Source of the DNA: Candidatus Scalindua sp.
Lineage (GTDB): Bacteria; Planctomycetota; Brocadiia; Brocadiales; Scalinduaceae
Direction: 5' to 3'
Assembly: GCA_031316235.1 (NCBI GenBank)
Contig: JALDRA010000001.1
Location: 630,001 to 662,000, forward strand
Length of the DNA: 32,000 nt
Made by a program: the position numbers and the translations under genes. The notes under the pieces were generated by a model. It was not told where the DNA came from. It ran no database searches and saw only the letters and a program-made list of their open reading frames with translations. This document shows positions 1 to 9,468 of the stretch, one piece after another (position 1 is the stretch's first letter; the number at the start of each line of letters is the position of its first letter).

Positions 1-1
1 A

Positions 2-1615
2 CTCAAAGCACAACGTCTTGGTTCAAACAAGTACCTGGGAGAGATCCTCATTGCAAATAAAATTATCACGGAAAAAGAGCTCTTAATGGCATTGGCATTT
101 AAATTCCAATTACGCTCTGTGGATCTTCGTGACATATCTCCTAATCTGGAAACACTTGATTTAGTACCGTATGAAACGGCAAGAAAGTTCCATATCTTTC
201 CATTTGCATCTGATACAAAAAAAATTACTATTGCAACCTCTCAGCCTACTGACATTAATGTCATAGACACCTTGCGTTTCAGTACCAACCGATGGGTGGA
301 AATGGTGTTAGCAACACATAAACAGATAGAAACACATATAATTAAATATTATGAAGATGAGTCAGAAAAAAACGAAATAAATATAGACGAAGTGATATCT
401 GGCATAGAGCTGGAAGAACAAGCCCAAGAGATAACAATAAAAGACGAAGCGGAAGCTGCACCAGTCATACGCTTGGCAAACAAGATACTTCTCAATGCTC
501 TCAAGGAGGGCGCGAGTGACATCCATATGTTACCGCAAGAAAAAGGATTGAAGGTTTCATATCGAGTGAATGGCCTGCTTCAAGAATACCTTAAGTTGGA
601 CAAACGTATCAGCAAGAGTTTGGTTGCGAGGTTTAAAATTGTTGCTCTCATGGATATCACAGAACGCCGCCTGCCGCAAGATGGCCGTTTTAAAATCGTT
701 TTGAACAACCGCCCTGTAGAATTCCGCGTTTCCTGCATGCCAGGTCAATATGGAGAAAACCTCGTATTGCGTATTTTAAATAGAAGTAATCATACTACCG
801 GGTTAAATCAATTGGGACTGGATAGCAAGGATGTAGAAACAATACGTCATATAGCCCGCAGTACCCATGGCATGATGCTTGTCACCGGGCCAACCGGTAG
901 CGGCAAATCATCAACTCTGGCCGCCGTATTGCAGGATCTGGTCGATGAACCCAAACACATGTTATCATTGGAAGACCCTATTGAGATTGAAGTCCCGGGA
1001 ATTAATCAAATACAAATTCACGAAAAAATAGGTTTCACTTTTGCAACAGCCCTTCGCAATGTTCTACGACACGACCCTGATATTATTATGGTTGGAGAAA
1101 TACGTGATCCAGAAACTGCCAGGATATCTGTCCAAGCAGCGCTGACCGGTCATGTACTCATTTCAACCCTTCATACAAATAGTGCTGCCGCGGCATTTTC
1201 CCGTTTGTCAGACATGGGTGTGGAACCGTACCTGGTATCGGCAACTGTTAAAGGTATCATGGCCCAGCAACTGTTACCTCGGCTATGTGCAGAGTGCAGA
1301 TTAACCAAAAAACCTGATGAAAAGATACTGGCATTCATTGCCAAACATGGGATCAATACCAAAAATCTGATCGATCATGCTTCCAGAGGCTGTGATCATT
1401 GTCGTGATTCCGGTATATCAGGCAGGATATTGGTGTATGAATTTTTAGCGGTGAATCATGAATTACAGGCCATGGTATCAAAAGAGGCCACATTAGATGC
1501 GATACATGCAACCGCTTGTAAACTGGGCATGCGCACTATTGTGCAGATGGCAGTAGATGCTTCTCAGAAGGGACTTGTTTCACTCAACCGTATATTGCCT
1601 CTGTTCATCGAGTAG
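2..1615 (+). CDS. Type II secretion / type IV pilus assembly ATPase (GspE/PilB/MshE family); 5' end probably lies outside the window
   Basis: Walker A GPTGSGKSS, RHDPDIIMVGEIRD box and a C-terminal tetracysteine (CAEC...CDHC). The frame is open from nt 2 to the ATG at 86 and encodes LGEILIANKIITEKELLMAL, a T2SSE_N/MshEN-type N-domain motif, so the listed ATG is likely internal. Confidence 0.9.
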   Translation, partial: LKAQRLGSNKYLGEILIANKIITEKELLMALAFKFQLRSVDLRDISPNLETLDLVPYETARKFHIFPFASDTKKITIATSQPTDINVIDTLRFSTNRWVEMVLATHKQIETHIIKYYEDESEKNEINIDEVISGIELEEQAQEITIKDEAEAAPVIRLANKILLNALKEGASDIHMLPQEKGLKVSYRVNGLLQEYLKLDKRISKSLVARFKIVALMDITERRLPQDGRFKIVLNNRPVEFRVSCMPGQYGENLVLRILNRSNHTTGLNQLGLDSKDVETIRHIARSTHGMMLVTGPTGSGKSSTLAAVLQDLVDEPKHMLSLEDPIEIEVPGINQIQIHEKIGFTFATALRNVLRHDPDIIMVGEIRDPETARISVQAALTGHVLISTLHTNSAAAAFSRLSDMGVEPYLVSATVKGIMAQQLLPRLCAECRLTKKPDEKILAFIAKHGINTKNLIDHASRGCDHCRDSGISGRILVYEFLAVNHELQAMVSKEATLDAIHATACKLGMRTIVQMAVDASQKGLVSLNRILPLFIE

Positions 1616-1706
1616 ATGATTTTGCAATTCATCCTTATCTAAACATTTTGATCTCACTGCGATCAAAGAAAAGAAATTTCAAAACAAGTGGGATAAGTAT
1701 CTTATC

Positions 1707-2102
1707 ATGAGAAGGTCAATTTCATATCAATATAACAAGCAGAAACCAAAACGTTCTCCGCAAACCAATTCTCAAGCATTAAATTCGAAAGGGTTTGATG
1801 GGTATTTCAGGGTTTCCTTTAGAATTATACCGCTGATAGCTTTGAAGTCAATGCACCCTGACTGGGTAACGGTTCAAGGAAACGGTTTGGATACCGAGGG
1901 TTTGGTTTTTCATTATAAGAATACTATCGCCTCCGGAACTCTCTTAGAGTTAAAAATCATGCATCCAAAAATCACATCAACCGTGAACTGTATTGGAAAG
2001 GTAATCCGGGTAAGCAAGCCTCGCAACTCATCCCTGTTTTGTGTTACCGCCGAGTTTATCAAGATCAGTGAACAAGACAAAGAAACAATACGGATCTTCT
2101 GA
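1707..2102 (+). CDS. PilZ-like small beta-barrel protein (tentative)
   Basis: 131 aa located directly downstream of the secretion ATPase. Pattern G-L-D-T-E-G-L-V-F then LELKI....GKVIRV....F.V.AEF resembles the PilZ D/NxSxxG core. The N-terminal RxxxR motif is not clean. Confidence 0.45.
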   Translation: MRRSISYQYNKQKPKRSPQTNSQALNSKGFDGYFRVSFRIIPLIALKSMHPDWVTVQGNGLDTEGLVFHYKNTIASGTLLELKIMHPKITSTVNCIGKVIRVSKPRNSSLFCVTAEFIKISEQDKETIRIF

Positions 2103-2145
2103 AAGTTATAATTGCAAGCAGCCAACCTGGATAGCTGTTTTTGAT

Positions 2146-2257
2146 TATACTAAAACCGATTTGATTTTCGGTTTTTCTGGAAACCAAATCTTGGTGAAGG
2201 TATACTCGCTCCATTTTATCTCGGATTTTATCTGAAAACCATTATGAGATGAGTATA
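2146..2257 (-). repeat. MITE-like repeat, copy A (112 bp, lacks the internal hairpin module)
   Basis: The reverse complement aligns end to end with copies at 24381, 26817 and 28898. It shares the termini TATACTCATC...GGTTTTAGTATA. It lies in the convergent intergenic space between the PilZ-like gene and mltA. Confidence 0.8.
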
Positions 2258-2455
2258 TCCGATCAGGTCTGTTACGGCGCATTCTTCCTTACCATACTGG
2301 AAGTCGTGTCAGAACAGCCTCTCTGTTGACAATTTCCGTTCAAAAAAAGCGCGGCATTGTCGACTGAGAGATTTACGGGCTTCATGGAACAAGGTACTTC
2401 GTAATCAGCGTGGTTACTTGTCATTAGAGCCACCGGTACAGTGCATTTGATTGAC

Positions 2456-3604
2456 TTAACGTTTCAGGAGATAAAAGAGCTTACCATAGGTATTCAAACT
2501 ACCAGCCTTAAGCATGGCTTCATCACCTATACCAAAATAGACATCAGCTCTGGCGGGTGTTTTAATAGCACTTCCCGTATCCTGATCCAGCACAAAGAAT
2601 GATTGCGCAATTTGTCCCTTTTTCTTAAACCAACCGGATTTTTTCTCCCTTTTTTTTTCAATAACGGCAAAGGCAACCCCTCCAGGAGGAAAAACTGTTT
2701 TATCAGTCGCTATGCTCCGCATGGAAGTAACCGGAACACCTATGGATCCGGTAGGAATTGCATAATCAACTTTCTTGAAAAAAATAAATCGATCATTTCT
2801 TTTAAGATAGTAATCCAACTCATCGGGATGCTGTTCAAAATAGCTTAATAGAGTTGAAAGGGTTAACTCATCTTCCGGGATCCTTCCATCGAGAACCAGC
2901 AACCGACCAATACTCGTATATTCATGTCCGGAATCTGCTCCATACCCTACATATGCCATCTCACCAGAGGGAAGGCGAAGCTGACCGGAACCCTGCACAT
3001 GAATGAGATAAGCATCTAATTTTGATTTGAGATAGCCAATTTCATAACCCTTCAACAGATTAAGTTCCTCAATAACACTCCGGGTATAATACGGTTTTTT
3101 GAAATCTTCAGGTTTTTTATACAGTGGATAACGAAACGTATCTGTCGGACTCAAGCTTCCATCATAAATAGGAGTACCATAACCGGTAAAATGGACTTCT
3201 CCCTCGTGTTTTTTCCCTATAGCCTGAAATATCCTGAAATTTTTTCTGATAAATTCGTTCATGTCCTGAGAACTGTGACTATGTTGCAAACCTTCCCGGA
3301 AAAAAGTTAATGTCTCGATCTGTTTTTCACGAGTAAAACCTAATGAACGAAAGATATCTGGATAATTCTTAATACGATTAAAATATTCAATGCTATTATC
3401 TACCGAACGCAGCAGGGTGTCTTTGTCATAATCGTCCCTGAAATGAGGAAATTGGTTTGGATTAAAAATTTCAGCCAGACCAATTCCCTGCTTTAATGGT
3501 GATAGCAAAGGTCTTTTCCCTGAAGTTGAACATCCTGTCGCAAAAAGCATCAATACAAGAGTAACCGTAAACAGATAATAGAGCATAGTAGACTCTGATC
3601 TCAT
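2456..3604 (-). CDS. mltA: Membrane-bound lytic murein transglycosylase A (MltA family lipoprotein)
   Basis: Lipoprotein signal LFATGC. MltA-type motifs include GYGTPIY, YVGYGADSGHEYTSIGR, TDKTVFPPG and the C-terminal 3D-domain-like FVLDQDTGSAIKTPARADVYFG. Confidence 0.9.
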   Translation of the reverse strand: MRSESTMLYYLFTVTLVLMLFATGCSTSGKRPLLSPLKQGIGLAEIFNPNQFPHFRDDYDKDTLLRSVDNSIEYFNRIKNYPDIFRSLGFTREKQIETLTFFREGLQHSHSSQDMNEFIRKNFRIFQAIGKKHEGEVHFTGYGTPIYDGSLSPTDTFRYPLYKKPEDFKKPYYTRSVIEELNLLKGYEIGYLKSKLDAYLIHVQGSGQLRLPSGEMAYVGYGADSGHEYTSIGRLLVLDGRIPEDELTLSTLLSYFEQHPDELDYYLKRNDRFIFFKKVDYAIPTGSIGVPVTSMRSIATDKTVFPPGGVAFAVIEKKREKKSGWFKKKGQIAQSFFVLDQDTGSAIKTPARADVYFGIGDEAMLKAGSLNTYGKLFYLLKR

Positions 3605-3853
3605 AACGCTATTTTCCTTTCAGCCAAATTAATGAAACAGTATTGACAAAAAATTTTTTACCTCCATTTTTCAAGAGGTCATTAAATTCTTACTCCAAGA
3701 CTCTCAAGGGAAAATTTTACACAGGAGTACAGAATTTCTCTAACATAAAATGATCCTCCCGGGAACCTTCCCAATACTACACTTTTCACATCTCCTGATA
3801 AATCTGACACTTAAATCACCGCCAGCTAAAAACTCACAATTAATATATCAGTC

Positions 3854-3868
3854 TGGCACATTAATTGC
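3854..3868 (+). promoter_or_regulatory. Sigma-54 (RpoN) -24/-12 promoter element
   Basis: TGGCAC-attaa-TTGC is an exact match to the TGGCAC-N5-TTGC consensus. It lies on the + strand about 195 nt upstream of the small ORF at 4065. Overlapping palindromes TCCCGGGA / GGGAAccTTCCC lie roughly 85 bp further upstream. Confidence 0.5.
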
Positions 3869-4064
3869 CGGGATAAAGGCAAGATTCACGTACTCTCATG
3901 ATTTTAGCCGTATAAACAATCTTGTTTGAATAGTTGTAATGATTTCTTTATGCATTAACAAATGTCTTTCTTGAAATTTCGGATCGCCGCAACTCTCTTT
4001 GATTGAATTTTATCGTAAGAGATCGCATTGTTTTTTTCATTTTCAGATTAAGGAGTGGAAAGAT

Positions 4065-4334
4065 ATGAAGGATTCAAAACGAGAAAATGTCTTAGTAAAC
4101 AGCAATATATCAAAGCAAGACGTAATGGAAACGGTAAAAGGGCTTGGTATCAATATGACCGCCCCTCATACAGGAGCATTGTGGACATCATTTAGTCGTA
4201 ACTATTATAAACTTCAAAGCCAGATGAATATTAACAAAAGAGACGGAAACAGTTCTACGCTATCAACTATCTTTAAGAAATCTATTTTATCACCATCATC
4301 CAAGGAAGAGAAGCTTTGCGGTGTTTCTGACTAA
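4065..4334 (+). CDS. Small hypothetical protein (89 aa)
   Basis: ATG at 4065 is preceded by the SD-like AAGGAG at 4050-4055. This is the in-frame internal start of the 3999..4334 ORF. I recognise no family, and it is the only + strand ORF in a 1-kb gap between two - strand genes. Confidence 0.4.
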   Translation: MKDSKRENVLVNSNISKQDVMETVKGLGINMTAPHTGALWTSFSRNYYKLQSQMNINKRDGNSSTLSTIFKKSILSPSSKEEKLCGVSD

Positions 4335-4613
4335 CAATAATGGTGGAAAGATGCGTTTCACCTTTTACCCAACTCGATTAATGAGAAAGATTACAACCTT
4401 TTTAGAATCTTTATCAAGTGCATTGGTTTGTTCCGGTTACAAATTTATCATGCACCTCGTATCCACGCAGTCGTGTTTCAGCTCCCGGGCTTTCCTACCA
4501 GATACTATGTAACCGTTGGTTTTCTCATCTCCAGCGTATCTGCACAACAGTAGGGAAGAAACTCCCGCGTGGTAACCAAAAAAATGCAATCAACACAACG
4601 TTTCAATGTTCAT

Positions 4614-7600
4614 TCATGCAACCTGCTTGACATCTTCCTTAAACTTAACTGATATTTTTTTTGATACTCCTGCCTCCTCCATGGTAATACCATAAATCAC
4701 ATCCGCTACACTCATGGTTCTTTTATTGTGCGTTATTACAAGAAAATCAGATAAATTTGTGAATTCTTTCAGAATCATGGCAAATCGGTTAATGTTATTC
4801 TCATCTAATGCGGCATCAACCTCATCGAGTATACAGAAAGGACTCGGTTTAGACTGAAATATGGCAAACAATAATGCAATAGTCGTCATTACCTTCTCTC
4901 CTCCAGAAAAGAGAGTAATAGACGAAAGTTCCTTTCCGGGAGGCTGAGCAACAATTTCAATCCCTGCATCCAGAATATCAACCCCTTCCTCCAGAATAAT
5001 ATCAGCCTTCCCACCTCCAAATAATTTACGAAAAATTCCACGGAAATTATTTTTTATGTCATTAAAGGTTTTTTCAAACAATTCACGGCTTGTAAGATTG
5101 ATTTTCTTTATAATATCCTTCAAGGTGTTCTCAGATTTTTCAAGATCTTCACGCTGATTTAAAAGATGAGTCTCCCGGGTTTCAAGCTCTTCTAGTTCCT
5201 GAATTGCTTCCAAATTAACGCTGCCCATTCTTTCAACCTTGCCTTTTAATTGCTCTATCTCGATAGAAACACTATCCCAATCTATCGATTCATCATCTTC
5301 TTCCTGTTTTTCCGCTTCAAGTTGAGACAATTCGACATGATAATCTTCACGGATCCGCTCTTCCAGGCCTGCAAGCTTAATCTTGTATTCATTCTCCTTA
5401 AGCCTAAGTTCGTTTATTTCCTGTTCCTGATTTCTCTGTTCCTTACTGTACTCTTCGATTTGACTCTTTGTCTCAGTTAACTGCCCAACCAGTTCGTTTT
5501 GATTTACTCGCAGACCTTTAATATCATTTTCCAAAGAAACTTTTTCACTCTTGAGATCTTCAATTACAGAATTGAGACGGGTAATCTCCCCATCGCCCTC
5601 GGTAGCTTTCTCATGACAAGCTTTGATTTCTTCGCAAGATGAGGTAAGTTCTTCTCTGCTTTTTTGAAGTTCTCCTTCTAACTTCTCCAAAGAAGTACTG
5701 ATATTGTCCAGTCTCTCCTCCTTTTGTGCCATGACAACTTTTACTTCAGTAATCTCTTGTTGAAGTTGAGTCTTCAAACTCTCCTTTTCTCCTTTTGCAC
5801 TATCAGAAATCTCAACTTGCCTCTCCAGATCTTTACGCTGATCTTTCAGCCTGTCGATCTCAGCTCTTAACTTCTCTTCCTTTTCGTTAATGTTCTCAAC
5901 GAGCTCATTAATTTCATAAATTTCGCTTTCATTAATATCCTGCTCTTCCCGAAGCTCAACAACTTTGAATTCTCGTTTTTGCAGTTCATTTTCATGAGAA
6001 ACCTTCAGCATATTCTCAGAATCAATCTCTTGTGTAACCTCGTTTAATTCTCGTGTAAGATTTTCCCTCTCTTGCGTTTTTGCATTTTTCTGACTCATAT
6101 ACATTTCAATTTCGTTCTTTACCTTCTCAAGTTCCGATCGAACACTCTCAAGCTCCATTTTACGGGAAATAAGCCCAATCTGCATATCACCTTTTCCAAC
6201 AAGAATAGTACCTCCCGGTTCAACAACTTCTCCTGCTTTCGTAGCAATAAATCTCGCACTGTTTAAGTTGTCTGCGTATGATAATGCTGTACTAAAATCG
6301 TCAACAATAATAGTGTTATAAAAGAAAAATTCAACCAATGCGGAGAAACAATCCTGGGTTTTTACAAGATCAACTGCTTTTCCTATAAAACCTGACAACT
6401 CCTGTCCTGCTGATAATGAAGTGATTCTCTCTTTAATAGTATCCAACGGAAGAAATTTTGCATACCCTTTTCCCTGTTCCTTCAAGAAATGAATTGCCTG
6501 TATCGCGTCTTTTATCGAGACGGTAACAATTATCTGTGCGTTATCCCCCAGAACAGCCTCTATAGCGGAAACATACGAGTTGTCAACCCTTATCAAATCT
6601 GCAACCATTCCACAAATTCCCGTTATTTCACTATCCTCTTTTTTGCCTTCTTCTAAAATAGACTTTACCCCCAAACCAACCCCTTCATAACGTCTCTCAA
6701 GATCATCGAGGATTTCCAGTCTTGATTCCTTGCTGCTTCTAAACTGCTGTTTAGTATTAATAGCTTCATTAATGGTTTCAATTTCAAGATGTACTCCCTG
6801 CAACCGCTCTTTTATCAGAGAAGAACGAGATTCGAGACTTTCTATAGTATTCAATACAGTATCACGTTGTTCCGTAAGATTCTGCCTTTCACACTCTATA
6901 CGCTCTAATTCAGATGATACAGTTTCCTGCCTTTGTAACAGCTTTACTCTTCTATGAAGAATTGTCTCTCTTTCTGCCCTCAGACTCCCTGTCTCATTCT
7001 GAAAAGCAGATTCCTTATGCAAAATGTCTATTACGTTTTTTTTATTCTCTTCCGTCTTCTGCTGTAAGGCGTTACATTCAAATAAATATTCTTCAAATTC
7101 CGATTCTTTCAAGGATAAGATGCTACTTTTTTGCGATATGTCTTCCTTAATCTCCTCCAGGTTAGCCATATGTTTCCTGATACTATTTTCGGCATCAAGA
7201 ATCCTGCTCTTTAAAACCTCTATCTGGCTCTCATGACGACTCGTTTGAGAATTGAGACCTTCAACCGTTTTTCGATTGAAGCTTATTCTGTCATCTGTAT
7301 TGATAATTTCAGCATCAAGACTGGCAAGTTTAATGTGTGACTTTTCAAGGCTGGAAACGAGAATGTCCATTGACTGCTGCAAACCATCTCTCTTTTCCTG
7401 CAGATTCTCAATCTCAGCATTTACCTCCTGCCCCTTATTTCCCAGCCGGTCTAATTGTCCTGTAACAGCAGACATTTCTGCATGAAAGACTTTATACTTT
7501 CTTAAAAAGAATTTCAGCCTCAGTTCCTTCAACCTCTCGATATATTCGTTATACTTGCGCGCCTTTGAAGCCTGATATTTTACAGAGCGCAATTGTTTCT

Positions 7601-8195
7601 GCACCTCTTCAATAATATCACTGAGTCTAAGCAGATTTTGTTCAACCTTCCCCAGCTTTGCCATTGTCTCTTTTTTCTTGCTCTTGTATTTACTGATACC
7701 GGCAGCCTCTTCAAAAACAAATCGCCTCTCCTGTGCATTGGCCTGCAACAGGGTATCAACCCTTCCTTGTTCAATGATAGAGTAACAACTGGCGCCTACA
7801 CCGGTGTCCATAAAGAGTTCTTTGATATCTTTGAGCCTGCATACCTGCTTATTCAATAAATACTCCGATTCTCCTGAGGCATATAAGCGCCTTGTTATAC
7901 ACACCTCTTTATATTCTACTGGCAACACTTCCCTGTCATTGAGTATGGTCAGTGACGCCTCTGCATATCCCATAGAAGAACGTTTCGTAGAACCATTAAA
8001 AATAACATCAGACATTTCATTGCCTCTGAGTGATTTTGCACTTTGTTCACCGAGTATCCACTTAATAGCATCAACAACATTACTTTTACCGCACCCGTTG
8101 GGACCGACAATAACTGTAATCCCCTTTTCGAACGTAAACGTTGTCCGGTCGGAAAAAGATTTAAAACCAAAAAACTCCAATTTTTTCATCTTCAT
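4614..8195 (-). CDS. smc: Chromosome partition protein SMC
   Basis: 1193 aa with N-terminal Walker A GPNGCGKSNVVDA, long coiled coils, a central hinge, a C-terminal signature SGGEK and Walker B FCILDEVDAALD. Confidence 0.97.
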   Translation of the reverse strand: MKMKKLEFFGFKSFSDRTTFTFEKGITVIVGPNGCGKSNVVDAIKWILGEQSAKSLRGNEMSDVIFNGSTKRSSMGYAEASLTILNDREVLPVEYKEVCITRRLYASGESEYLLNKQVCRLKDIKELFMDTGVGASCYSIIEQGRVDTLLQANAQERRFVFEEAAGISKYKSKKKETMAKLGKVEQNLLRLSDIIEEVQKQLRSVKYQASKARKYNEYIERLKELRLKFFLRKYKVFHAEMSAVTGQLDRLGNKGQEVNAEIENLQEKRDGLQQSMDILVSSLEKSHIKLASLDAEIINTDDRISFNRKTVEGLNSQTSRHESQIEVLKSRILDAENSIRKHMANLEEIKEDISQKSSILSLKESEFEEYLFECNALQQKTEENKKNVIDILHKESAFQNETGSLRAERETILHRRVKLLQRQETVSSELERIECERQNLTEQRDTVLNTIESLESRSSLIKERLQGVHLEIETINEAINTKQQFRSSKESRLEILDDLERRYEGVGLGVKSILEEGKKEDSEITGICGMVADLIRVDNSYVSAIEAVLGDNAQIIVTVSIKDAIQAIHFLKEQGKGYAKFLPLDTIKERITSLSAGQELSGFIGKAVDLVKTQDCFSALVEFFFYNTIIVDDFSTALSYADNLNSARFIATKAGEVVEPGGTILVGKGDMQIGLISRKMELESVRSELEKVKNEIEMYMSQKNAKTQERENLTRELNEVTQEIDSENMLKVSHENELQKREFKVVELREEQDINESEIYEINELVENINEKEEKLRAEIDRLKDQRKDLERQVEISDSAKGEKESLKTQLQQEITEVKVVMAQKEERLDNISTSLEKLEGELQKSREELTSSCEEIKACHEKATEGDGEITRLNSVIEDLKSEKVSLENDIKGLRVNQNELVGQLTETKSQIEEYSKEQRNQEQEINELRLKENEYKIKLAGLEERIREDYHVELSQLEAEKQEEDDESIDWDSVSIEIEQLKGKVERMGSVNLEAIQELEELETRETHLLNQREDLEKSENTLKDIIKKINLTSRELFEKTFNDIKNNFRGIFRKLFGGGKADIILEEGVDILDAGIEIVAQPPGKELSSITLFSGGEKVMTTIALLFAIFQSKPSPFCILDEVDAALDENNINRFAMILKEFTNLSDFLVITHNKRTMSVADVIYGITMEEAGVSKKISVKFKEDVKQVA

Positions 8196-8210
8196 GGCTG
8201 TCTCTACCCT

Positions 8211-8242
8211 AACAAAAAGAGCGCCTCAATAATGAGGCGCTC
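8211..8242 (-). terminator. Rho-independent terminator downstream of the H1-like gene, 16 nt upstream of the smc start
   Basis: On the - strand: GAGCGCCTCA-ttat-TGAGGCGCTC (10-bp perfect stem, plus-strand arms 8219-8228 / 8233-8242) followed by TTTTTGTT. Confidence 0.75.
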
Positions 8243-8382
8243 CATTAACTCTCTTAAAATGTCTGATCCCCAAAAAAACCGATTACAAATTCTTGCATTC
8301 ACAAACTCTTAATGTCTCAGGCTAGCAATTTTTTCTAATGAACTCTCGTTCTTTTCCCAAAGAGAACGAATACTAAATATTC

Positions 8383-8634
8383 TTACTTTTTCTTCGCTGC
8401 AACTTTCCTGGAGGCTGGCTTTTTAGCTGCAGTTTTTTTGGCTATCGTCTTTTTAGCTGCAGGCTTTTTCTCTGTAGCTTTTTTAGCCGCAGTCTTTTTA
8501 GCTGCAACGTCCTTGACCGCAGTCTTCTTTGCCACAACCTTCTTGACAGATGTGCTCGCTTTTGTACCGCATGCCTTCTTTGCGGTTGTCACTTTTTCTG
8601 TTGCACACTTTTTTGTAGCTTTCTTTACTACCAT
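8383..8634 (-). CDS. Histone H1-like / lysine-alanine-rich DNA-binding protein
   Basis: 83 aa, extremely K/A rich with reiterated AAKK(T/A) units (KKTAAKKATEKKPAAKKTIAKKTAAKKPASRKVAAKKK). The DNA shows the matching imperfect tandem periodicity. Confidence 0.7.
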   Translation of the reverse strand: MVVKKATKKCATEKVTTAKKACGTKASTSVKKVVAKKTAVKDVAAKKTAAKKATEKKPAAKKTIAKKTAAKKPASRKVAAKKK

Positions 8635-8685
8635 CTCGTATCACCCCCTTTCAAATTATAATGGGACCAAAAATTTCTTCGAGAG

Positions 8686-9420
8686 TCACCAATTACTGCT
8701 TAAGACCTTCATTTCCCCACCTCTAACAAAACAATTCTTTACAAACTTCTGCGCCTCTCTGGCAAATCCCGCCATCTCCTCTTCCGAGTACGGCACAACA
8801 TTCAGCATTCTATCATCCAGACAGTTATTTGGCCTGAACGTCTGCAAAATATAACTACTGCTGCCGGCAATGCTCTGCGCAATTTGAACAATGTCCGACC
8901 CGTCCAGAAAAGTGGGGCAAACTGTTGTTCGAAATTCGTATTCTATGCCGCTGTCCATTATCAATCTAATGCTCTTTTCTATATCGACCACATTACAAGG
9001 GCCTCCAGCCGCCTCACGATATTTTTCTTCATGTAACGGTGCCTTTATGTCCATCGCAACGCAATCAATCAACCCTCTCTGTATAAAGTTCTCAATAACA
9101 TGAGGATTCGTTCCATTTGTATCTATCCTGATCCGCAACCCCATAGCCTTAAACGTGCTTATCAGCCGATCAAGATCATGATGCAGCGTAAGCTCTCCTC
9201 CAGTTACAACAACCCCGTCCAGCCAGTTTCTGTTTTGTTCAATCTTTCTCGTTACCGATTCGACCGGAATACATTCCAGTTCATTCGGCTCCTTCACGAG
9301 GTGGGTCGCATGACAATAAGGACACCTCAGATTACAATACGGAAGAAAGATGATAGAGACAATATTTCCAGGCCACTCTATCAAGCTGTTTTCTATGAAA
9401 CCCTTAATTTTTATGGTCAT
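8686..9420 (-). CDS. nrdG: Anaerobic ribonucleoside-triphosphate reductase activating protein (radical SAM)
   Basis: CNLRCPYCH radical-SAM cluster motif near the N-terminus, the GGE motif (VVVTGGELT) and a position directly downstream of nrdD. Confidence 0.9.
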   Translation of the reverse strand: MTIKIKGFIENSLIEWPGNIVSIIFLPYCNLRCPYCHATHLVKEPNELECIPVESVTRKIEQNRNWLDGVVVTGGELTLHHDLDRLISTFKAMGLRIRIDTNGTNPHVIENFIQRGLIDCVAMDIKAPLHEEKYREAAGGPCNVVDIEKSIRLIMDSGIEYEFRTTVCPTFLDGSDIVQIAQSIAGSSSYILQTFRPNNCLDDRMLNVVPYSEEEMAGFAREAQKFVKNCFVRGGEMKVLSSNW

Positions 9421-9468
9421 ATTGGTTTGCTGGACAAAAATGTACGTAAAATATTCATAAGATCAAAA

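Noticed and set aside
4351-4512. 53-codon ORF downstream of the small sigma-54-linked ORF
   Set aside because: It is not listed as a feature. Its only support is a pre-start string shared with the neighbouring ORF, and the product is low-complexity and hydrophobic. It is kept only as a note within the sigma-54 finding.
7804-8232. 142-aa and other 60-90 aa ORFs antisense within smc, and similar ones in mnmE, scpA, nrdD, cobA/hemD and pdaD
   Set aside because: All are embedded antisense in strongly supported genes and lack motifs or start contexts. They are typical shadow ORFs.
8438-8854. 138-aa ORF antisense to the H1-like gene
   Set aside because: It is an artefact of the complement of AAG/GCN repeats (FLAA-rich low-complexity product). 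The sense strand gives a coherent H1-like protein with a terminator.
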